DNA of 23,038 nucleotides from Atribacterota bacterium (GTDB lineage: Bacteria > Atribacterota > Phoenicimicrobiia > Phoenicimicrobiales > Phoenicimicrobiaceae): assembly GCA_038203565.1 (NCBI GenBank), contig JBBRDV010000017.1:1-23038 (forward strand), in the 5' to 3' direction. A program made the translations under genes and the position numbers. Positions within the stretch are counted from its first letter, which is position 1, and each line of letters opens with the position of its first letter. The notes below the pieces were generated by a model. The model worked only from the letters and a program-made list of their open reading frames with translations, was not told the DNA's origin and searched no databases. Positions 16,920 through 23,038 of this stretch are shown piece after piece.

Positions 16920-17597
16920 ATGGAAAAAGAAGAAATGAAAGAGAAAAAACCAAATAATATATTAGAATTATTTAAACCCTATGTCCCTAAGGCAGTGACT
17001 TCCCGAATATTAGAAGGGAAGGGAAGCTTGCCCAGTGAACAAAGCGAAGCTACTATAATGTTTGTAGATATAAAAGGATTTACTGAACTTGCTGATCAGT
17101 TGGACCCAGAGAAGACCATCGAAATTATAAATAATATATTCAAACCTATTGTTGGGATAATAGAGAAATACGATGGTTGTATCAATAAATTTTTAGGTGA
17201 TGGATTAATGGTTACCTTTGGCATACCTTTTAACCATAGAGATGATCCAGAAAGAGCAGCAAGAGTAAGTTTAGAGATAATGAAATCCATAGAAAAAAAT
17301 GGAAAGATAAAAATTGATAACAAATTAATAAGTTTAAAGGCAAGAATCGGAATAAATACCGGTTTATGTATCTCCGGTGAGATTGGTTCAGCTTCAAGAA
17401 AAGAATTCACAGTAATTGGAGATACGGTAAATTTAGCCTCTCGTCTGCAAGAAAATGCAACTCCAGGGAAAATATTAATCGGTGAGAAAACTTTCCATAG
17501 AATTAAAGCTAATTTTATAATTTCTTCTCCCCGAGAGTTGAAGATAAAGGGAAAGAGAAATTTAGTTTTAGTTTATATTTTAAAAAAGGAGAAGTAA
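16920..17597 (+). CDS. Class III adenylate/guanylate cyclase, catalytic domain only
   Basis: MFVDIKGFT, INKFLGDG, RIGINTG, FTVIGDTVNLASRLQ, IKGK motifs. Confidence 0.92.
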   Translation: MEKEEMKEKKPNNILELFKPYVPKAVTSRILEGKGSLPSEQSEATIMFVDIKGFTELADQLDPEKTIEIINNIFKPIVGIIEKYDGCINKFLGDGLMVTFGIPFNHRDDPERAARVSLEIMKSIEKNGKIKIDNKLISLKARIGINTGLCISGEIGSASRKEFTVIGDTVNLASRLQENATPGKILIGEKTFHRIKANFIISSPRELKIKGKRNLVLVYILKKEK

Positions 17598-17666
17598 AAG
17601 ATTTATATTTTTGAATAAAATAAAAAGAGTTTACTCCTTTTATGGGAAAGAAAGAGAATTAAATAT

Positions 17667-18011
17667 ATGTCTGAAGAGAAAGACCCGTATAATAAATTAA
17701 AAAAACAGTTATATTTAGCCAGAATAATATTTCATATACCTAATTTTATAAAATTATCCTTAAGATTGCTTAAAGATAGGAGAGTTCCCTTTTATTTAAA
17801 ATTAATGGTATATGGAGCAATTGCCTACATAATATCTCCTTATGATTTAATCCCAGATTTTTTGGTTCCATTTTTAGGATATTTTGAAGACATTATTATC
17901 GGAATTTTGTGTTTAATTAGTTTAGTTAAGCTGAGCCCGCCTGAAGTTGTAGCAGGACACGTAAAAGCAATTGACATGGAGAATAAACAGAAGAACAGAT
18001 TTTTCCGTTAA
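17667..18011 (+). CDS. YkvA/DUF1232-family membrane protein
   Basis: AIAYIISPYDLIPDF..FLGY.ED motif. Confidence 0.85.
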   Translation: MSEEKDPYNKLKKQLYLARIIFHIPNFIKLSLRLLKDRRVPFYLKLMVYGAIAYIISPYDLIPDFLVPFLGYFEDIIIGILCLISLVKLSPPEVVAGHVKAIDMENKQKNRFFR

Positions 18012-18032
18012 TGGAGAGGATAATTAAAGAAT

Positions 18033-19373
18033 ATGCAAATTGGAATCAAATCTTTAGGCTGTCCTAAAAACTTTGTCGATACTGAGGTAATTTGTGGGAC
18101 ATTAAGAGAAAAAGGATACCAAATAAGTGAGAAGATTGATCATTCAGATATAGTGATTATAAATACCTGCAGTTTCATAAGAGATGCCGTAGAAGAATCC
18201 ATTGAGGAAATTCTTAATTTGGTAAAGTTAAAAAAAGAAGGAAAGATAAAACATATAATAGTAACCGGATGCCTTCCTCAGAGATATAAAGATGATAATT
18301 TAAGTCAAGAACTTCCTGAAGTGGATGCCTTTTTAGGAGTAGGAGATTTATTAGAAATTGATAATATAATAAAAAGTGTTTTGCAAGGTGAACAAATCTA
18401 TAAAGTACGTACTGAGCCTAAATTTCTTTATAACCATAATACTCCTCGAACTATTTTAACCCCCCAGCATTATGCCTACATTAAAATCTCCGAAGGCTGT
18501 CAAAATAATTGTTCCTATTGCCTGATACCTCAAATCAGAGGAAATCATCGCAGTAGAAAGATGGAAGATATAATCGAAGAAGTAAAAATAATTTCTGAAA
18601 AGCAAAATCTTTCCGAAATAATTTTAATTGGTCAAGATACAACTTTATACGGAATCGACCTCTATGGAGAATATAAATTAGCTGAATTGTTAAAAAAACT
18701 TTCTCTTCTCGAATTAAATAATTTGCAATGGATAAGACTTTTATACACTCATCCTGCTCATTATAATGATAAATTAATTGAAGTGATAGCCAATTATCCC
18801 AAGATATGCCCCTATTTGGATTTACCTTTACAGCACATAAGTGATAAAATACTAGATAAAATGAATAGGCCGATAAAAAAAAGATATGTTATTTCGTTAA
18901 TTAATAAATTAAGAGATAGAATTTCGAATTTAACTTTGCGAACTACTTTTATGGTGGGATTCCCCGGTGAAAGCGATCAGGATTTTGAAGAATTATTGAA
19001 TTTTTTGAAAAAATATCGATTTGAAAGGTTAGGAGCTTTTATTTTTTCCCAGGAAGAGGGAACTCCGGCTTATGACCTTCCCCAACAAATTTCCATGCGA
19101 ATTAAGAAGGAACGCCTGAAAAAATTAATGTTAACTCAGCAGTCGATTTCAAAAGAAATAAATAGTTTTTACATAGGAAAAGAAATAGAAGTACTGATTG
19201 ATGAAATAAAATCGGGTAAGCCGAAGATTGCCGTTGGACGAACTAAAGGAGATGCTCCAGAGGTAGATGGAAAAGTTGTAATAAGAGGAGATAAGACTGA
19301 AGTTGGAAAATTCATAAAAGTGAAAGTGACAGAAGCTTCCGAATATGATTTAGCCGGAGAGATTAAAAAATAA
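18033..19373 (+). CDS. rimO: Ribosomal protein uS12 methylthiotransferase
   Basis: SLGCPKN.VD, INTC.FI..A..ES, VTGC, EGCxxxCxYC radical SAM motif, APEVDG TRAM domain. Confidence 0.95.
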   Translation: MQIGIKSLGCPKNFVDTEVICGTLREKGYQISEKIDHSDIVIINTCSFIRDAVEESIEEILNLVKLKKEGKIKHIIVTGCLPQRYKDDNLSQELPEVDAFLGVGDLLEIDNIIKSVLQGEQIYKVRTEPKFLYNHNTPRTILTPQHYAYIKISEGCQNNCSYCLIPQIRGNHRSRKMEDIIEEVKIISEKQNLSEIILIGQDTTLYGIDLYGEYKLAELLKKLSLLELNNLQWIRLLYTHPAHYNDKLIEVIANYPKICPYLDLPLQHISDKILDKMNRPIKKRYVISLINKLRDRISNLTLRTTFMVGFPGESDQDFEELLNFLKKYRFERLGAFIFSQEEGTPAYDLPQQISMRIKKERLKKLMLTQQSISKEINSFYIGKEIEVLIDEIKSGKPKIAVGRTKGDAPEVDGKVVIRGDKTEVGKFIKVKVTEASEYDLAGEIKK

Positions 19374-19381
19374 TAAAAAAT

Positions 19382-20488
19382 ATGGAAGGGGAGGGATTAA
19401 TCTTGATTAAAGAAAGATTGAAAGTATTTAGAGAAAAAATAGAAAAAGAAAACAAAGAAATCGAAGGGTTTTTAGTTACTGACCTAAAAAACTTAAGTTA
19501 TTTAACTGGATTTGATGGAGAAGGATTTGCTTTGATTGGGACAAACGGTAAAAATTATTTGCTAACTGATTCACGTTATACTGAACAAGCTCAAAAAGAA
19601 AGTCCTGATTTCAAAATCTTAACTGAAGAACCGAACAAAAAGAATGCACGGATATTAGCATTAAAAAAGATATTAGCCCAAAGTAAGATTAAAAGAATTG
19701 CCTTTGAAAGTAATAATTTAAGCTATACTGACTATAGGAAATATTCTGATAGTTTTGAATCTATAGAATTTCTACCCACTGAAGATATAATAGAACTGCT
19801 AAGAATGATTAAAGATAAGGAAGAAATTATTAAAATAAAGAAAGCAGCTCAGATAACCACGGAAAGTTTAAAGGATGTGTTTGAGTTAATAAAACCGGGC
19901 ATGAGAGAGCTTGATATTGCCTCTGAGTTAGCTTATACTATGAGAAAAAAAGGCGCCCAGAAAGAAGCCTTCGATATTATTGTGGTTTCAGGTGAAAGAT
20001 CATCTTTGGTTCACGGAAAACCTTCTGAAAAAAAGATTATCGAAGGAGAACTTATAATTATTGATGTGGGAGCGAATTATCAGAACTATAATTCTGACCT
20101 AACCCGTACTATAATTATGGGAAAGGAAAACGCTAAACAAAAGGAGATATTTTCTATTGTCTTGGAGGCACAAAATAAAGCCCTTGAATTTTTAAAGCCT
20201 GGTGTAAAGTGCAAAGAAGTAGATTCTATAGCCAGGAATATAATTATAAATAGGGGTTATGGAGAATATTTTGGCCATAATTTGGGTCATGGAGTAGGGT
20301 TGGATATTCACGAATTACCGCGAGTTTCTTTCAGTGATAACACAGTCTTATTACCCGGAATGGTAATTACCATTGAACCTGGAATATATTTACCCGAAGT
20401 TGGCGGAGTTAGGATTGAAGATTCGGTTCTGATAACTGAAGAAGGTTATGAAATATTAACCTGGTTTCCTAAAATATTAAATCTTTAA
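19382..20488 (+). CDS. Xaa-Pro aminopeptidase/prolidase (M24B)
   Basis: YLTGF, R.IKD.EE, D.G....YNSD.TRT, H.LGHGVGLDIHE.P, TIEPGIY, GGVRIED. Confidence 0.93.
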   Translation: MEGEGLILIKERLKVFREKIEKENKEIEGFLVTDLKNLSYLTGFDGEGFALIGTNGKNYLLTDSRYTEQAQKESPDFKILTEEPNKKNARILALKKILAQSKIKRIAFESNNLSYTDYRKYSDSFESIEFLPTEDIIELLRMIKDKEEIIKIKKAAQITTESLKDVFELIKPGMRELDIASELAYTMRKKGAQKEAFDIIVVSGERSSLVHGKPSEKKIIEGELIIIDVGANYQNYNSDLTRTIIMGKENAKQKEIFSIVLEAQNKALEFLKPGVKCKEVDSIARNIIINRGYGEYFGHNLGHGVGLDIHELPRVSFSDNTVLLPGMVITIEPGIYLPEVGGVRIEDSVLITEEGYEILTWFPKILNL

Positions 20489-20501
20489 AAAATGCCAGGA
20501 C

Positions 20502-20525
20502 GGGTCGGATAAATCCGATCTCTAC
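20502..20525 (-). repeat. Solitary GTAG-type REP
   Basis: Reverse complement gtag-agatcggat-tt-atccgaccc; same architecture as 12489-12512. Confidence 0.75.
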
Positions 20526-20563
20526 AAAAATATAAATAGTAATAAATAATTTGGAGGGAAGGT

Positions 20564-21790
20564 ATGAGTAATTTAAGGAAAGTAGATCCAGAAATATTTG
20601 AAGCCATAAAAAATGAAGAGAATCGTCAAAAATATACCATAGAATTAATTGCTTCAGAAAATTTTGTTTCGCCGGAAGTATTAGAAGCCCAGGGTTCAGT
20701 TTTGACCAATAAATATGCTGAGGGCTATCCCGGGAAGAAATATTATGGTGGTTGCAAATACATCGATATTATAGAAAATTTAGCTATCGAAAGGGCTAAA
20801 AATATATTTAAGGCCGAACATGCTAATGTTCAGCCTCATTCCGGTTCACAGGCAAATATGGCTGTTTATTTCAGTGCTTTAGAGGTAGGGGATACTATTT
20901 TAGCTATGAATCTTTCTCATGGCGGCCATCTTACTCATGGGAGCCCGGTAAATTTTTCTGGTAGATTCTTTAATATTATTCCCTATGGAGTGGGGAAAGA
21001 TACCGGACGAATAGATTATGATAACTTAAGAGATTTGGCTATAAAAAATAAACCAAAATTTATTATAGCCGGAGCGAGTGCCTATCCACGCGAGATAGAT
21101 TTCTCAGTATTTAGGTCTATTGCGGATGAAGTTGGAGCCTATTTAATGGCTGACATTGCTCACATCGCCGGATTGATTGTAGCGGGTCTTCATCAAAGTG
21201 CTGTACCTTATTGCCATTTTGTAACCACAACTACTCACAAAACCTTAAGAGGACCGAGAGGCGGATTAATTCTGTGTAAAGAAGAGTATAGTAAAGTAAT
21301 TGACAAAACAATATTCCCAGGGATTCAAGGCGGCCCATTAATGCACGTTATAGCAGCTAAAGCGGTCTGTTTTAAGCAAGCAATGACGCCAGAATTTATA
21401 AACTATCAGAAACAAATTATTATAAATGCTAAAGCTTTAGCTAAAAAATTAGTAGAATTAGATTATAATTTAGTATCCGGTGGAACTGATAATCACTTGA
21501 TGTTAGTAGATTTAAGAAATAAAGGGATTACCGGAAAGCAGGCAGAGAAAGCTTTGGAAGAAGCCGGGATTACCGTAAATAAAAATTCTGTTCCTTTTGA
21601 TCCTCAAAAGCCTATGGTTACCAGTGGAATAAGAATCGGAACTCCGGCAGTGACTACCCGGGGGATGAAAGAAAAAGATATGAGTGTAATAGCCGAAATG
21701 ATGAACAGAGTCCTTATTGATACGGAAAATCAGAAAATAAAAGACGAAGTAAGAAAAGAAGTAGAAAGTTTTTGCGAAAGATTCTTATAA
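20564..21790 (+). CDS. glyA: Serine hydroxymethyltransferase
   Basis: [37 protein letters not shown] (PLP lysine), SGIRIGT. Confidence 0.98.
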   Translation: MSNLRKVDPEIFEAIKNEENRQKYTIELIASENFVSPEVLEAQGSVLTNKYAEGYPGKKYYGGCKYIDIIENLAIERAKNIFKAEHANVQPHSGSQANMAVYFSALEVGDTILAMNLSHGGHLTHGSPVNFSGRFFNIIPYGVGKDTGRIDYDNLRDLAIKNKPKFIIAGASAYPREIDFSVFRSIADEVGAYLMADIAHIAGLIVAGLHQSAVPYCHFVTTTTHKTLRGPRGGLILCKEEYSKVIDKTIFPGIQGGPLMHVIAAKAVCFKQAMTPEFINYQKQIIINAKALAKKLVELDYNLVSGGTDNHLMLVDLRNKGITGKQAEKALEEAGITVNKNSVPFDPQKPMVTSGIRIGTPAVTTRGMKEKDMSVIAEMMNRVLIDTENQKIKDEVRKEVESFCERFL

Positions 21791-21828
21791 AAAGGAAGTA
21801 AAGATTCAAACGAAAGGGAGGTTTTATC

Positions 21829-22392
21829 TTGATTTCTACCAGCGATTTTAAAAAAGGTTTAACTATCGAAATAGATGGTGAAATATACAGTATTGTGGAT
21901 TTTCAACACGTAAAACCCGGTAAGGGTGGTGCTTTCGTAAGGACTAAGTTTAAAAATGTAAAAACCGGGCTTGTTACCGACAAAACATTCAGAGCAGGCG
22001 AAAAAATGGAGCAAGCTATAATTGATAAAAAAACTATGCAGTATCTATATAATGATGGTAATAATTATTGTTTTATGAATAAGGAAAATTATGAGCAAAT
22101 TTCCTTATCTAAAGAACAGATAAGCGAAATAACCGATTTATTAAAAGAAGGCAATGATGTGGATGTTACATTCTATAAAGAAGAACTGATTGGTGTTGAA
22201 TTACCAAATTTTATGAGTTTAAAAGTGATTAAAACCGTACCTGGTGTAAAGGGGAATACGGTGTACGGTGCCCTGAAACCGGCTGCTTTAGAGAGCGGAG
22301 TAATCATTCAAGTTCCTTTGTTTATAAAAGAAGGGGATATAATTAAAATAGACACCAGGGATAAAAGATACATAGAAAGAGAACAAAAATAG
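21829..22392 (+). CDS. efp: Elongation factor P
   Basis: HVKPGKGGAFVRTK, PGVKG.T, VPLFI..GD.IK.DTR; TTG start after GGAGG. Confidence 0.97.
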   Translation: MISTSDFKKGLTIEIDGEIYSIVDFQHVKPGKGGAFVRTKFKNVKTGLVTDKTFRAGEKMEQAIIDKKTMQYLYNDGNNYCFMNKENYEQISLSKEQISEITDLLKEGNDVDVTFYKEELIGVELPNFMSLKVIKTVPGVKGNTVYGALKPAALESGVIIQVPLFIKEGDIIKIDTRDKRYIEREQK

Positions 22393-22407
22393 TATATAGT
22401 ATATAGT
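22386..22407. repeat. TAGTATA heptamer repeat overlapping the efp stop codon
   Basis: aaaatagtatatagtatatagt, identical to 1247-1268. Confidence 0.75.
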
Positions 22408-22507
22408 GAAGAAAAAAGAAAAAGAATAAAAAAATAGATTCTATAAAATAAGTGTTTTGATAATCTTACTATCCGTTATACGATGTATGAAATAGGAGTG
22501 ACAATCA

Positions 22508-22933
22508 ATGCAAACTATTAAAACTGATCTGGGAGAAATAAATGTTACCGAAGAAACAATCGGGAGTATTGTTAGTTTAAATTTGGCTGATGTTAAAGGT
22601 GTGGTCGGGAGCAGAAAGACAATTATAAAAGAAATAACCGATATGTTAAGGGGAGATACAAGCGAAAATAGAATAGAAGAAACTTCCCGTACTATAAAAG
22701 TAGAGATAAAAGATAATAAACCTTTGATAAATTTATATATTATTATAAAGTATGGAGTAAGGATACCAGATATAGCCTGGGATATTCAGAATAGGGTCAA
22801 AGAAGGTTTAAGGGAAAAATTAGGTACAGATATTAATGAAATAAATATTCATGTTCAAGGGATACAGTTTCCTAAGAAGACACAAAGCAGGAGAGATTTA
22901 GTTGCTTCCAATTTATTTGTAAAAGTTTTTTAA
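22508..22933 (+). CDS. Asp23/Gls24-family protein (YqhY-like)
   Basis: LG.I.V....I, V.GV, I..YGVRIPDIA..IQ..VK, INIHVQGI; follows efp. Confidence 0.88.
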   Translation: MQTIKTDLGEINVTEETIGSIVSLNLADVKGVVGSRKTIIKEITDMLRGDTSENRIEETSRTIKVEIKDNKPLINLYIIIKYGVRIPDIAWDIQNRVKEGLREKLGTDINEINIHVQGIQFPKKTQSRRDLVASNLFVKVF

Positions 22934-22947
22934 ATGCATATGGGTGC

Positions 22948-23038
22948 ACATGGGGTCAGGTCTCAACATTTGACATAACTTATTCCTAAATAATGAAAAA
23001 AAATAAGTTATGTCAAATGTTGAGACCTGACCCCATGT
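22948..23038. repeat. Perfect 37-bp inverted repeat (MITE/REPIN-like); may extend past the window
   Basis: acatggggtcaggtctcaacatttgacataacttatt (22948-22984) and its exact reverse complement (23002-23038), 17-nt spacer. Confidence 0.92.

Noticed and set aside
21770..21790. GlyA ends ERFL rather than the common FPLY
   Set aside because: Only a few terminal residues differ and all catalytic motifs are intact.

Overview
AT-rich bacterial window; every credible gene is on the + strand. (1) 1-12158 is a type IVa pilus locus: 3' end of pilD, an intruding hicBA pair, four minor pilins (one a 770-aa PilV-like pilin carrying five Big-1/invasin-like repeats), pilMNOPQ, and a lipoprotein with one Big-1 domain. 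(2) 12184-17597 is an accessory patch: an orphan PKD-domain tail with its own terminator, a baeRF-type gene bracketed by 19-bp direct repeats, AbrB/RelE-like and HicBA toxin-antitoxin pairs, an AAA-DUF4143 ATPase and a stand-alone class III cyclase. Several palindromic REP/MITE-like families punctuate it. (3) 17667-22933 is housekeeping: YkvA-like, rimO, Xaa-Pro peptidase, glyA, efp, Asp23 family. The window ends in a perfect 37-bp inverted repeat. A secretin together with Firmicutes-like housekeeping synteny suggests a low-GC diderm, possibly Atribacterota (inference only). Most striking: three tiny hairpins ending GGCA(G/A)G, each inserted into a different host palindrome; an apparent swap of the lipoprotein's C-terminal Ig domain; and the Cys-punctuated invasin-like pilin. 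No recombinase, transposase, RT, CRISPR, tRNA or rRNA was seen. All family calls come from motif recognition, not database searches.
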